Shown here piece after piece: positions 1-11,368 of a DNA stretch of 64,000 bases. Positions within the stretch are counted from its first letter, which is position 1. Each line of letters opens with the position of its first letter. The notes below the pieces were generated by a model. That model saw only the letters and a list, made by a program, of their open reading frames with translations, ran no database searches and had not been told where the DNA came from. A program made the position numbers and the translations under genes. The DNA is from an uncultured Acidobacteriota bacterium (lineage in GTDB: Bacteria; Acidobacteriota; Vicinamibacteria; Vicinamibacterales; UBA2999): contig CAWAYR010000024.1 in NCBI GenBank assembly GCA_963786365.1, positions 145,960 to 209,959 of the forward strand. Reading direction: 5' to 3'.

Positions 1-961
1 ACGACTGGCTGCTCAGCCGCGAAGACCTCCGCGTGTTTTACGGTCGTGAAGCGGCACCCAAGAAGGCGGCGATCGCCGCCAAGGCGGCGATGCGGCGCGT
101 CAAGGGCGTGCTCCACGCCCGCGACGTCGACGTGTTCCTTGTGCAGCGCGAAGCGTTCTTCCTGGGCAATGCCTGGAGCGAATGGCTGGCCAGCCTGCGG
201 GCGCCGGTCGTGCTCGACTTCGACGACGCGATCTGGTTGCCCAACGTCTCCGAGGCCAATCGCGGCTACGCGTGGCTCAAGAACGTGCGGAAGATGCCGG
301 GTATCGCCGAGCTGGCGCGGACGGTGATCGCCGGCAACGAGTACCTCGCGACCTGGGCGCGCCAGGTACTCCCACGCCGTGCACGTCGTGCCGACGTGCA
401 TCGACACCGACTGGTTCGCACCGCCGCCCGAGCGCGACGACGACGGGCCCGTGACCATCGGGTGGAGCGGCAGTCCGTCGACCGTGGCGCACCTGCGCAC
501 GCTGCTGCCTGTGCTCGAGGGGGTCGTGGCGAAGGTACGGCGACCGCATTCGCCTTCGGGTCATGGGCGATCCGTCGTTCATTCACCTGCCACTCGGCAT
601 CCGCGGCGAGCCGTGGTCGCCGGACGCCGAGCTGGCGATGCTGCGCGAGATGCAGATCGGGTTGATGCCGCTGCCCGACGACGAGTGGACGCGTGGCAAG
701 TGCGGCTTGAAGGGCCTGCTCTCGATGTCGATGGGCGCCGCCAGCGTGATGAGCCCGGTCGGGGTCAACACCGAGATCATCCGGCACGGCGAGGACGGAT
801 TCCTGCCCTCCACCGACGCCGAATGGGTGGAGACGCTATCGCGATTGATCGAGGATGCGGCGTTGCGCCGGCGTATCGGACGGGCCGGCCGGCAGAGCGT
901 GATCGAGCGCTACTCGGTGACGCGGTGGGAGCGTCGGCTCGCTGAACTCCTGGCCGGCTGA
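1..961 (+). CDS. Glycosyltransferase family 1 (GT-B), 5'-truncated by the window edge; frame changes at about 360 and about 538
   Basis: Reads in frame 3 from nt 3 (DWLLSREDLRVFYGRE...VVLDFDDAIWLPN), then frame 1 (HVVPTCIDTDWF...IGWSGSPST), then ORF 563..961. That ORF carries GLKGLLSMSMGAASVMSPVGVNTEIIRHGEDGFL, the GT1 C-terminal nucleotide-sugar region. Confidence 0.75.
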
Positions 962-1019
962 CCGCGGCATCAGGTACGCTGCACGAAGATCGGCCAGTGA
1001 CCCAGAGGAGACCTCGCCC

Positions 1020-2964
1020 ATGTGCGGCATCGCCGGCCGCCTGAACTTCGTGACCGGCGCGCCGGTCGAGGCCGCGGTCGTGGCCCGGATGTGCGACCTC
1101 ATCGCCCACCGCGGACCCGACGGCGACGGCGTGTACTGCGACGGCCCGGTCGGATTCGGCCACCGGCGGCTGGCCATCATCGACCTCAGCCCGGGCGGCG
1201 CCCAGCCGATGCGGACCGCCGACGGCGCGCTGGCCATCACCTTCAACGGCGAGATCTACAACTATCTCGAGCTTGAAGGCGGAGCTCGACCGGCCGCGGG
1301 CACGTCTTCCGCACGACCAGCGACACCGAGGTCATCCTGGCGGCCTACCGGGAGTGGGGCGACGGCTGCGTCGACCGCCTCGACGGGATGTTCGCGTTCG
1401 CGCTGTGGGACGGCCGCGTCGGCGGCTGTTCGTGGCCCGCGATCGCGTCGGCAAGAAGCCCTTCTGGTACCGCCTCGACGGCGACGGGATCGCCTTTGCG
1501 TCCGAGCCCAAGGCGTTTCTGGCCGAGCCCGGCGTTCGAGGCGCGGCCCGACCTGCAGGCGCATCTCCGACTACCTGAGCTGCAGTACGTGCCGTCGCCG
1601 CGGTCCGGGTTCGCGGGCGTGCAGCAAACTGCCGCCCGGCCCACACGCTGATCGTCGAGGACGGCCGGGTCTCGCCGTGCAGCGCTACTGGAAGCCTCGT
1701 ACGGCCGACAGCGTACGGTCTCGGATGACGAGGCCCTCGATGGCCTCACCGCCCATCTGCGCGACGCGGTGCGCAAGCGCCTGATCAGCGACGTGCCGCT
1801 GGGGGCGTTCCTGAGCGGTGGCCTCGACTCCGGGCTGGTGGTGTCGTTCATGGCCGAGCTGTCGCCGCGGGTGCGGACGTTTTCCATCGGCTTCACCGAG
1901 CAGGAGTACAACGAACTGCCGGCGGCGCGGCTGGTGGCCGACCGCTACGAGACAGAGCACACCGAGTTCGTCGTCCGCCCGCACGCGTTGGAACTGCTGC
2001 CGCAGCTGGTCTGGCACTACGGCGAGCCGTACGCCGACTCGTCAGCGCTGCCGACCTACATCCTGTCAGCGCTCACGCGAGGCCATGTGACCGTGGCCCT
2101 CAACGGCGACGCCGGCGACGAGAACTTCGCCGGCTACGACCGCTACGTCGCCGGCGAGCTGGCCCGACGACTGGACGCCGTGCCCTGGCCCTTGCGGCGC
2201 GCGGCGGCCGCGGCCGCCAGCCTTGCAGGCGGCGCCGGACCTCGCGTCGTGCGCCGGGCGCGCCGGTTCCTGCGCCAGATCGCCGAACCGCCTAACCGTC
2301 GCTACGCCGGCTGGATGCTCCACTTCGACCCGAGCAGCGAAGGCGCAGCTCGTCACGCCGGCGTTCCTGGCCGCGGCCACCGAGGATTCGGTGGCCTACC
2401 TCGAGCGGGCGTTCGACGCGTCCGATGCCCCGACCCGGCTCGAACGGACCATGGACGTGGACGTCCGGACCTACCTGCCCGAGGACCTCCTGGTCAAGGT
2501 GGACATCGCCACGATGGCGCACGGGCTCGAGGGCCGATCGCCGTTCCTCGATCACCACCTGATGGAGTATGCGGCCAGCCTGCCGGCCCGCTTCAAGCTC
2601 CGCGGCGGCGAGAAGAAGCACCTGCTGCGCGTGCTGGCCCGGCGCCGCCTGCCGGCGCCGCTGCTGACCTTGCCCAAGAAGGGGTTCGGCGTGCCGATCG
2701 ATCACTGGTTCGCCCACGAGCTGCTACGAGTTCGCCCATGACGTGCTGCTTGGGGCCACCGCCCGCCAGCGCGGCTACTTCCAGATGCCGTTCATCGAGC
2801 GGATGCTCGCGAGCACCGCGCCGGTTGCCCGGTGGCACCCTCAGCTCTGGAACCTGTTGATGTTGGAGCTGTGGTTCCAGATGTTCATCGACACGCGCCC
2901 GACAGCGCCGCCGCAACCGCCGGCACCGGTCATGGACGAGAGCCTGGTCGACGTCATCGGGTGA
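1020..2964 (+). pseudogene. asnB: Asparagine synthase (glutamine-hydrolysing)-type amidotransferase, heavily frame-disrupted
   Basis: Has the Ntn start MCGIAGR, GHVFRTTSDTEVILAAYREWG...MFAFALWD, the PP-loop LSGGLDSG (ORF 1769..2860) and a C-terminal ORF 2743..2964. Homologous segments alternate among ORFs 1020, 1273, 1388, 1769, 2223 and 2743. I trace at least 8 frame changes in 1.9 kb. Confidence 0.8.
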
Positions 2965-3011
2965 GCCGCGCCGGACGACCGCCGCCTTGCCTGCGTCACC
3001 GAACGGGGACG

Positions 3012-4404
3012 CTACTCAGTTACCGAATTCGGTCGGACCTTGGTCAGCAGGAAAGGGACGCAACACCACGCGTAGATGTACCAGCTGGCCGTGTTGTTGA
3101 ACTTGTTGATGAACACCGTGAGCACCAGGGCCGCGCAGATGTGCCCCATGGTCATCAGCCAGAACGCCGATCGACGATTTCTCGAGAAGACACCGTAGAT
3201 GATGCCGGTCATCAGACCGATAGCTGCGGCGTAGACCAACGCGCCGGCCGGCCCGAAGTCACTGACCGGATAGTAGAGAAACGTGTAGGCGTTGAACGAG
3301 ACATCCTGGCCGCTCGTGAGTCCAAGCGGGACGAACGGCGGAATCCCGGGCGGCATACCCGACACGATGCCGAGGCGCTCCAGGAGCCGGCCGAGCGGAT
3401 AGATGGCTTGGCGGCCGAAGGTTCTCGGTTGAGGATTGGCCAACAGGACATCCAGGGCGGCGTACGAGGCCGTCGCGTAGAGATAGATGGTCGAGGTCCC
3501 GCGCAGGCTGTCCTGGAGTTGCGTAACCCAGGCCGGCGTCGCTTCGACCTCGATGGGCGCGGCGGGCGCACCGGGCGATTGCGGCTGGCCGGTGGCCGTT
3601 CTGGCGGTTTTGGCCGCTCGCGACTCGACTTCCAGCGTCGGGATCCGCACTTCGACGTTCAAATTGGTTGGCGTCTTGCCCTGCCACACACCGACCAGCA
3701 GAAAGTACGACCCGAGGCTCAAGAGCACCGCGGCCGTCAAGATCGTCAGCTTTGCGAGCGTCAGTCGGGCACCGGCGCTCAGCACGTAGGTGAAATACGT
3801 GGTCAGCAGCACGACGAAGAACTGTGTGCGATCAGTGGAGACCCAGTACCAGGGTGCAGACGGCAACCAGCACCCACACCCAGCGCCGGATGGCATGGCC
3901 GGTGAGCGCCAATGCCACGGCCAGAATCGGTGTCGCCAGGCACAGGAACTCGAGGGCCAGATAGTTGGATGGCACCGAGCGGTCGGAGAGCGCGATACGA
4001 ATCCGCCACGGCCGATCGACGAATGCCTCCAAGCCGAGCACCTGCGCGACTGCCGATGCGTACCAGATCAGGCCCAGGCACCCGAGCAGCCCCATGACGA
4101 TCAGGCACCGCTCGGGAGCGACCGGCGGCATCGGTCGCGGGCCCAGCCGCTGTCCCCAGCGCTGGCCGAGCCCGCTGCAGACGACGAACGCGCCAACGGA
4201 AGCGACGATGAGCCCGAAGGTCGAGCCGGCCATGGCCGCGTACGGAATCACATGGAGAAAGAAGAGGCCGAGCGTCGCCGCCCACGTTCCGAGCACGAGG
4301 ACGGCGGGGTGGAAGTAGTCGCCGGTCAGACGCCGACCCAGCGGCACGGCGGCCATCGCCAGCAGCAACAGAGACAGTGACAGGTAAGCGTTGGCACCAA
4401 TCAC
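3012..4404 (-). CDS. Polytopic membrane protein, Wzy-like oligosaccharide repeat-unit polymerase (tentative); one frame change near 3832-3896
   Basis: ORFs 3832..4404 and 3012..3896 are both strongly hydrophobic multi-TM and join end to end. There is one large hydrophilic loop. Position directly downstream of the Wzx gene supports the call. Confidence 0.5.
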
Positions 4405-4459
4405 GATGGGTCCATCTCCAGGATGACCAGCCTATACGGTGGCCCCGCCGGCAGCGCAG

Positions 4460-5971
4460 TCATTCTGTGACGTCCCCGCGCAGGGCGGCAAACTTCGCCC
4501 GGATGCCGTGTGGCACCAATCCGAGGCGCCACACCAGGCCCGCCCAGGTGACCGAGCCTGCGGCCACAGAGGCCATCGAGGCCAGCAGTGGCGGCCCGGC
4601 GGCCCGGCCAGCGAATTGGACGACGAAGGCCACGACCAGGGCGAGCGCAGTGACCGTGGCGAGACCGCGCGAGTTCTCATTCAGCGTCGGCCCGAGAACC
4701 AGCACGCGCGAGACCCGCCCGGCGGCGAGTCCGAGAGCGACCGCGTGAGCGGCCCACAGCGCCGCGGCGGCCGCTGGCATCGTCGGCATGATCGGCAGCA
4801 GCGCCAGTCCGACGACGCCGGCGACCGCGAATCCGATCGCCTCCGGCCACGGTTGCCGTGCGGCCCGCGCAATCATCAGGGCAGGAACGAACATCGTCGC
4901 CACGCCGTGGGCCAGCAGCAACGCCGCGGTGGCAGTGCCGAGGGTGCCGGCAGCCTCCCCGGCACTGCCGCCGACGATGGCACGGGCGAGATCTCCGGCG
5001 ACGAGCAGCCCCAGCGCCGTCGCCGGGCACATCAACAGCAGCGTCGCGTCGGTGGCTTGCCGGTGCAACGTCTGCACCCTGGCTGCGTCCCCCTTCGCAT
5101 ACAGCTGCGCGGCGTGCGGCACCAGGGCCGAGAGCAAGGCGCTGACCAGGCTGCGAAAGCCGATGGCGATTCGGGCAGCCAGATCATAGGTTCCGGCGCT
5201 GGCCACGCCGAATCGGCTCGCCGCGAGAATCCGGAACGCGTAGTCGGCGGCGAAGGGCGCGAAGGCCGCCGCCTGCAGCGCGGAACCGAACTGGAGCATT
5301 TCGGTCACGCCGTCCCGGCGCGGCCACGACAGGAGGCGAACTGACGGCCAGTGTCGTTTGAGCTGGACGGCGCATCCGGCGATCGTCACCAGGAACCCGG
5401 AGACATATGCGCCCATCAGCACGTCGAGCTGTCGTTCCCCGGTGCTGGCCAGCCACAGCGCCAGAGCCGTGCCCAGCACCGTTCCAGCCGCCCGCCACGC
5501 GTAGCTCGAGACGAATTGTCGCAGGCCGGTCAACGCGCCGCTGACGATCAGCGAGACGAGGACAATCGTGAACGCGACCGGGAGCAGCCGGGCACCGGCC
5601 CGCAGCTCGCTCCCGACGGCCGCCTCGACGAACGGGGAACTCCACACGACGAGCTGGCCGAGCGTACCCACGCCGACGACGAACCACATCGCCGCCGCCA
5701 GGGTCGCGGTCGCGGCGGCGTGATCACCGCCGACGCGGCTGACGGCGAACCCGCGCTCCACGGCGCCAGGAACGCCAAAATCCACGACCGTCGCGGCAGT
5801 GAGCAGGGCGGCCAACAGCGACCAGGAACCGTAGAGCGACGGCCCGAGCGTCCGAAACAAGCCGAACGACAGGGCCAGGGCCGCGACGACGCTGATGACG
5901 CGGCCACCGAGCGCGGCCATGGAGTCGCCGGTGACACCGCGTGCCACGGCCTCTCGTCCCGGGCCCGTCAT
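4460..5971 (-). CDS. wzx: MOP-superfamily polysaccharide flippase (Wzx-like)
   Basis: Intact 503-aa ORF with many hydrophobic segments throughout, typical of polysaccharide biosynthesis/export flippases. Its ATG overlaps the stop of the upstream methyltransferase (ATGA at 5968-5971). Confidence 0.7.
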   Translation of the reverse strand: MTGPGREAVARGVTGDSMAALGGRVISVVAALALSFGLFRTLGPSLYGSWSLLAALLTAATVVDFGVPGAVERGFAVSRVGGDHAAATATLAAAMWFVVGVGTLGQLVVWSSPFVEAAVGSELRAGARLLPVAFTIVLVSLIVSGALTGLRQFVSSYAWRAAGTVLGTALALWLASTGERQLDVLMGAYVSGFLVTIAGCAVQLKRHWPSVRLLSWPRRDGVTEMLQFGSALQAAAFAPFAADYAFRILAASRFGVASAGTYDLAARIAIGFRSLVSALLSALVPHAAQLYAKGDAARVQTLHRQATDATLLLMCPATALGLLVAGDLARAIVGGSAGEAAGTLGTATAALLLAHGVATMFVPALMIARAARQPWPEAIGFAVAGVVGLALLPIMPTMPAAAAALWAAHAVALGLAAGRVSRVLVLGPTLNENSRGLATVTALALVVAFVVQFAGRAAGPPLLASMASVAAGSVTWAGLVWRLGLVPHGIRAKFAALRGDVTE

Positions 5972-6990
5972 CGCGAGGGCGTCAGCTCAGCGACCAGACC
6001 GACTCCGCCGCCGAGGTGACGGAATCCCGCGTTCACGACCCGCTCCGCGGCGACGACCAGGGGATTGACGTCCCACCGCGATGCCGCCGTCGCCGGGACG
6101 TTCCCGGGCGCCGGTACCGTCCTCCAATCGAGCCGGGTCACGAAGTCGCGACCGAGACCGAACGTGTGGCACGACGTCGCCTCGAATCCCTCGAGCTGCG
6201 CCAGCGTCCGCAGCAATCGTCGATTCCAGTAGGTGAAGTGATCCTCGCAGATCATGCTCCACTCGAGCCCGAAGACGGCGTAGACCAGCGAGGCCACGTT
6301 GAGCGTCGTCACCACGACCAGGCCGTCGGGTTTCACCAGTCGGCGCAACCGGCGGACGAACTCTCGAGGCGTCGGGGTGTGTTCGAGCACGTCCCAGCTG
6401 GTCACGAGATCAAATGAGGCCCAGGGGAGGCCGTCGAGGGCCTCGAGCGTGCCCTCTGCGACCTCGATCCCGTGCTCCCGGGAACGCGCCGCCGCCGGTG
6501 GATTGAGCTCCACGCCGAAGACCTGCCACCCTTGCTCCCGTGCCGCCATCAGGAACTGACCATCGGCGCATCCCACGTCACACAGCCGGTTTCGACCTGC
6601 GGTCGGCGCCGGCAGGCTCCGCAGCCGTGATTCGTAGAGCACGCGCTTTCGCGGCAGCCACTCGGCGAAGTGTTCGGCCAGATCGTAGGCGTGCACGTAC
6701 TTGTGCGCGACGGCCTCCACCGGCGGCGGGAACGTGAAGATCAGCGTGCAGGCCCGGCAGCGCACCAATTGCAGGGACTCCCGCCGGCCGACCAGTGACG
6801 CACCGACCTGCAAGCACACCGGGCACGCGGCGTAGTCTGGAGACGCCGGTGGGGCGGTGGCTGGGACGCTGGCTTCGGGAATTGGCATGGCGTGGGGCAC
6901 GCCCGTCTCCTGTGTAGCCGGTCCCGGCTCGCGTGGCAACATCAGAGAGTGCCCGGTGCCGGTCAATCGACCTGCAGTCCTAGGGTACAC
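5968..6990 (-). CDS. Class I SAM-dependent methyltransferase with an N-terminal Cys4 zinc ribbon
   Basis: CPVC...CRAC pair, then motif I LCDVGCADGQF and VTSWDVLEHTP...LVKPDGLVVVTT. The likely true start is the ATG at 6888 (MPIPEAS...). Confidence 0.8.
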   Translation of the reverse strand: MYPRTAGRLTGTGHSLMLPREPGPATQETGVPHAMPIPEASVPATAPPASPDYAACPVCLQVGASLVGRRESLQLVRCRACTLIFTFPPPVEAVAHKYVHAYDLAEHFAEWLPRKRVLYESRLRSLPAPTAGRNRLCDVGCADGQFLMAAREQGWQVFGVELNPPAAARSREHGIEVAEGTLEALDGLPWASFDLVTSWDVLEHTPTPREFVRRLRRLVKPDGLVVVTTLNVASLVYAVFGLEWSMICEDHFTYWNRRLLRTLAQLEGFEATSCHTFGLGRDFVTRLDWRTVPAPGNVPATAASRWDVNPLVVAAERVVNAGFRHLGGGVGLVAELTPSR

Positions 6991-7041
6991 TCAGCCGAGC
7001 GGCTGGCCGCGTTCGACGCTTCGAGCCCAGCCGCCCGCCGC

Positions 7042-7896
7042 ATGAAAAACGAAGACCGCAAGACGGTCGAGGGTTTCGGCGACGAGTGGGCGCGTTTCGA
7101 CAACGCGACGTTGTCCTCGGCCGAACGCGCCAGTATTTTCGACCAGTATTTCGCTCACTTCCCGTGGGCCACGCTGTCAACGGCCGCCGAAGGGTTCGAT
7201 GCAGGATGCGGCTCAGGCCGGTGGGCCGCGGTCGTCGCCGATCGTGTCGGGCGCCTGCACTGTGTGGATGCCAGCAGCACCGCCCTCGACGTGGCCCGGC
7301 GCCAGCTGACCGGGAAGCCGAACTGCGAGTTCCACCACGCGTCGGTGTCCAGCCTGCCGTTCGTCCCGGGGTCGATGGACTTCGGCTACAGCCTCGGCGT
7401 GCTCCATCACACCCCGGACCCGAGAGGAGCGTTGCAGGCCTGCGTCTCGCCCTCAAGCCCGGAGCGCCGTTCCTCGCTGTATCTCTACTACCGGTTCGAC
7501 AACCGGCCATTCTGGTTCCGCGCGCTGTGGGCGGCGTCGAACTTGGTGCGGCTCGGCGTGTCGAGGCTCCCATCACGTCTCCGCTTCGTCGTCAGCGACA
7601 TCGTTGCCACCACGGTCTACTGGCCGCTCGCCCGAATCGCGGCGCTCGGCGAGCGGGTCGGAGCCAGCGTCGACGGCTGGCCGCTTGCCTACTATCGGGC
7701 TCGCAGCTTCTATGTGATGCGCAACGACGCCCTCGACCGTCTCGGAACCCGTCTCGAGTGGCGATTCACCCGCGCGGAAATCCGCATCATGATGGAGTCG
7801 GCCGGACTCGAACGCATCGTGTTCAACGAGCACGCCCCCTATTGGTGTGCCGTCGGGCACCGGGCCGCGGGCCGCCGCGCCGCCGTGACGGCATGA
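7042..7896 (+). CDS. Class I SAM-dependent methyltransferase
   Basis: Starts MKNEDRKTVEGFGDEW. Motif I is FDAGCGSGRW, followed by GYSLGVLHHTPDP. The stop overlaps the next ATG (ATGA at 7893-7896). Confidence 0.8.
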   Translation: MKNEDRKTVEGFGDEWARFDNATLSSAERASIFDQYFAHFPWATLSTAAEGFDAGCGSGRWAAVVADRVGRLHCVDASSTALDVARRQLTGKPNCEFHHASVSSLPFVPGSMDFGYSLGVLHHTPDPRGALQACVSPSSPERRSSLYLYYRFDNRPFWFRALWAASNLVRLGVSRLPSRLRFVVSDIVATTVYWPLARIAALGERVGASVDGWPLAYYRARSFYVMRNDALDRLGTRLEWRFTRAEIRIMMESAGLERIVFNEHAPYWCAVGHRAAGRRAAVTA

Positions 7897-9065
7897 GCGG
7901 CTCCAACCCACACGATGTGATTCGCGTCGTCCGGGTGATCGCCCGCCTCAACATCGGCGGCCCGGCGATCCACGCCACGCTCCTCGCGCGCGGCTCGATC
8001 CGGCGCGGTTCTCGACCACGCTGGTGACCGGCACGGAGGACGCCGCCGAGGGCAACTACCTGGCGTTGCACGGCCGCGACGCAGCGGTCGGAGTCATCCC
8101 CGACCTCGGTCGCGAGATCCGGCCGCTCCGCGACCTGCGGACCTTGTGGACGCTGATGCGGTTGATTCGCCGCGTGCGGCCCGACATCGTCCACACGCAC
8201 ACCGCCAAGGCCGGCGCCGTCGGCCGCCTGGCCGCGATCCTGTGCGGCGTGCCGGTGATCGTGCACACCTTCCACGGCCACGTGCTGCGCGGGTATTTCT
8301 CGCCGGCCAAGACCGCCGTCTACCGCGCCATCGAGCGCCGCCTCGCCACCCGGACCGATCGCCTGCTGACCGTGACCGACCGCGTCCGAGACGAGCTGCT
8401 CGAGCTCGGCGTCGGTCGCCCGGAGCAGTACGCCACCGTGCCGCTCGGCTTCGACCTGGGCCCGCTGCTGCAGGCCGAACGGCGGCGCGGCGAGCTGCGG
8501 CAGGAGCTGCAGGCGGGTGACGCGCCGCTCATCGGCATCGTCGCCCGACTGGTGCCGATCAAGGCCCATGAAGTGTTCCTGGCGGCGGCCGCGCGGGTCC
8601 ATGCGGCCGATGCCGCGTGCCCGGTTCCTCATCGTCGGCGACGGGGAGCGGCGGCAGGCGCTCGAGCAGCTGGTCGACGCCCTCGGGCTGCGCACGGCGA
8701 CGCATTTCCTGGGCTGGCGCGCCGACCTCGACCGGCTCTACGCCGATCTGGACGTCGTCGTCCTGACCTCCCGCAACGAGGGATCGCCGGTCGCGCTGAT
8801 CGAGGCGATGGCGGCCGGCGTGCCGGTGGTGTCGACCGCCGTCGGCGGCGTGCCCGACGTGGTCGAAGACGGGGCGAGCGGCATTCTCGCGGCGATGGAC
8901 GACGATGCGGCGCTGGCCGCCGGGGTGCTCGCGGTGCTCGCCGATCGCGATCGGGCGGCGGCCATGGGGCGTCACGGCCGCGCCCGTGTGGTCGCGACCT
9001 ACTCGGCCGAGCGGCTCGTCGCCGACATCGAGGCGCTGTACACGACGCTGGTGGGATTGTCCTGA
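7893..9065 (+). CDS. Glycosyltransferase family 4 (GT-B); frame changes near 8000 and 8610
   Basis: MSGSNPHDVIRVVRVIARLNIGGPAIHA, then ORF 8024 (VHTHTAKAGAVGRLAA...VHTFHGH), then ORF 8517 (FLIVGDGERR...LTSRNEGSPVALIEAMAAGVPVVSTAVGGVPDVV). The frame change near 8000 reads as a 1-nt deletion. Confidence 0.8.
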
Positions 9066-9095
9066 AGGGACCGCGCCCCTGCTAGACTCGACGCG

Positions 9096-11361
9096 ATGCG
9101 CACCGGCAGCCTGCTGCTGAGCGTCGCCGCCTGCGTGCTCGTCGCCACCACGTGGGTCACGGCCAGCCACGACGTCCAGGTCCCCGCGGGGGACGCGGCG
9201 CGCCCGGTGGCGGCTGGCGCACCGGCGGGCGACGGCTACGTCGGCTCGGCGGCGTGCGAGTCGTGCCATCGGGAGGCCTACGCGAAATGGAAGGCCTCGC
9301 TCCACGTCCAGATGACGCGGCCGGTGGCCGAGGCGACGCTGCTCGGCGACTTCTCGGGCCGGGCGACGCTCAGCGCCCACGGCCGTGCCTACACCTTCGC
9401 GCAGAAGGACGGCCGCCCGATGGTGACGGTGCGTGCCGGCGATCGTCCGGCCGAGTCGTATCGCGTCGACTACACCTTGGGGTCGAAACGCTTCCAGGGC
9501 TATCTCTCGACGCTGCCCGACGGCAAGATGTACGTGCTGCCGGTGTTCTGGCACGTGGAGAGCGGCCGCTGGCTCGACTGGAAGGAGACGACGCCCGTCC
9601 CCGACGGCGCGCACGACCTGAAGCAGATCTGGAACGTGAACTGCTTCAACTGCCACGCCACCAACCTCGACCGCGGCTACGACCCGGCCGCCAAGGCCTA
9701 CCGCACCCACTGGACCGAGATGGGCATCGGCTGCGAGGCCTGCCACGGCCCTGGCCGTGAGCACATCGCCCTGACCGAGGCCTGGGCCAAGGATCCGTCG
9801 ACGATGCCGCGCTACAGCTCGCGCGCCTCCAATCGGCAGCTCTCCGACACGCTCAAGATCTTCTCGCCGCGCTCGGCCGACCCGCGGCGCACGTTCGACA
9901 GCTGCGCCTACTGTCACGGCAACAAGCGCAACCTGTTCACCTCGTTCGCGGCCGGCGATCGCTACGAGGACCACGCGCTGCCGTACCTGGTCAGCGAGCC
10001 GTTGCCCGAGTTCGACGCGCAGGGCGAGTTCTGGCCGGATGGCCGGCCCAATCGCTTCAATCGTCCGCAGGCGCTGACGCTTTCGGGCTGCTTCAAGGCG
10101 GGGGCGGTGACGTGCACCAACTGCCACGTGGCGCACGGCTCGGCCTTCGACTTCTCGCTCAAGCTGAACGTGCACGACGGGCGCGCCGGCGACCAGCTGT
10201 GCACGCAGTGCCACCAGTCGCCGCCGGCCACGCCGGTCGAGGGGGCCACGGTGCTCGCCGGCTCGGTTCGGCCGCGCATCACGAGCCGGCCGGCCGATGG
10301 TCCCGACAGCCGGATTCCGTGGACCGACGAGCAGATTGCCGCCCACTCGTTCCACCGCGCCGACTCGGACGGCAGCCGGTGCGTGAGCTGTCACATGAGC
10401 GACGTCAACTGGCGCCTGCTGATGCGTCGCCGCGATCACACCTTTCAGCCGCCGGTGCCCGAGACCACCGCGGCCTTCGGCGTGCCCAACGCCTGCACCA
10501 CGTGCCACGACGACAAGCCGCCGGAGTGGGCGGCGCGCCAGATGGACGCGTGGTGGGGCGACGGCGAGCGCCGCGCCAAGAGCGCGCGCGTGGCGACGAC
10601 GATGTACCAGGCGGGCACCGGCGACGCGACGGCTGTCGCCGGCGCTGGCCGTCATCGCCGTGGATCGCACCCAGGGCGCGGTGCTGCGCGCCAGCGCGTT
10701 GGAGTTCATCGGCGGCCTGGCCGGTTCGCGTGCGCTCGACGGCCCGCCGGTCCAGAGCCAGACCTCGACCTCGCGGCTCGGCCCCGGCGCCGGTCCGGTC
10801 GGCCCGCGCGCGCCGCTCGACCCGCGGGCGCTCGGTGCGTTGCTCGGTGCGGCGTCCGATCCGGAAGCGATGGTACGGGCGTCGGCGGTCCGCGCCCTCG
10901 GGGCCCTCGATTCGCGCGACGAGCGCGTCCTGGCGGTCCTCACCGCGCGACTGGTCGACGACGCGCGTGTCGTCAGGGCGCGCGCCGCCGAGGCGCTGCT
11001 CGCCCTGGAGGTCGTGACGGCGCCGGGCCGCGTCGGCGAGGTGCTGACCCGGGCCCAGGACGACCTGGCCGAGAGCCTGCGGTCCTTCCCCGACTCGGCG
11101 GCGCAGCAGTCGTCGCTCGCCTGGCTCTACGCACAGCGCGGCCAAGTCGGCGAGGCCGAGGCGGCGGTCGCCGCCGCGATCGCCGTCGACCCGGCGCTGG
11201 CCCGCCCGTACGTCATCCGCGGCGTGCTGGCGGCACGGGCCGGGCGCTTCGACGACGCGCTGGTTGCCTGGCGCGCTGCCCGCGAGCGCGATCCGAAGAC
11301 GCCGAACATCGACCGGATGATCGACGAGGCCCAGCGCCGTGTCGCGCGGCCGGGTCGCTGA
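9096..11361 (+). CDS. Secreted octaheme c-type cytochrome fused to HEAT-like and TPR repeats; one frame change near 10640
   Basis: Signal peptide, then eight CXXCH motifs (CESCH, CFNCH, CEACH, CAYCH, CTNCH, CTQCH, CVSCH, CTTCH) in ORF 9096. The C-terminus continues in ORF 10660..11361 with HEAT-like (VRASAVRALGAL...VVRARAAEALLAL) and TPR-like repeats. Confidence 0.8.
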
Positions 11362-11368
11362 CCAGGCC

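Noticed and set aside
6892-7041. Upstream extension of methyltransferase ORF 6892..7896
   Set aside because: The extension overlaps the divergent methyltransferase gene's 5' end and translates to non-protein-like sequence. MKNEDRK at 7042 gives a normal N-terminus.
8559-10943. 794-aa ORF on the minus strand, the longest ORF in this region
   Set aside because: It is antisense to the GT4 and octaheme cytochrome genes. Its composition is Arg/Gly/Ala/Pro-dominated with no motifs. The plus strand carries clear GT4 and CXXCH signatures. It is a typical high-GC shadow ORF.
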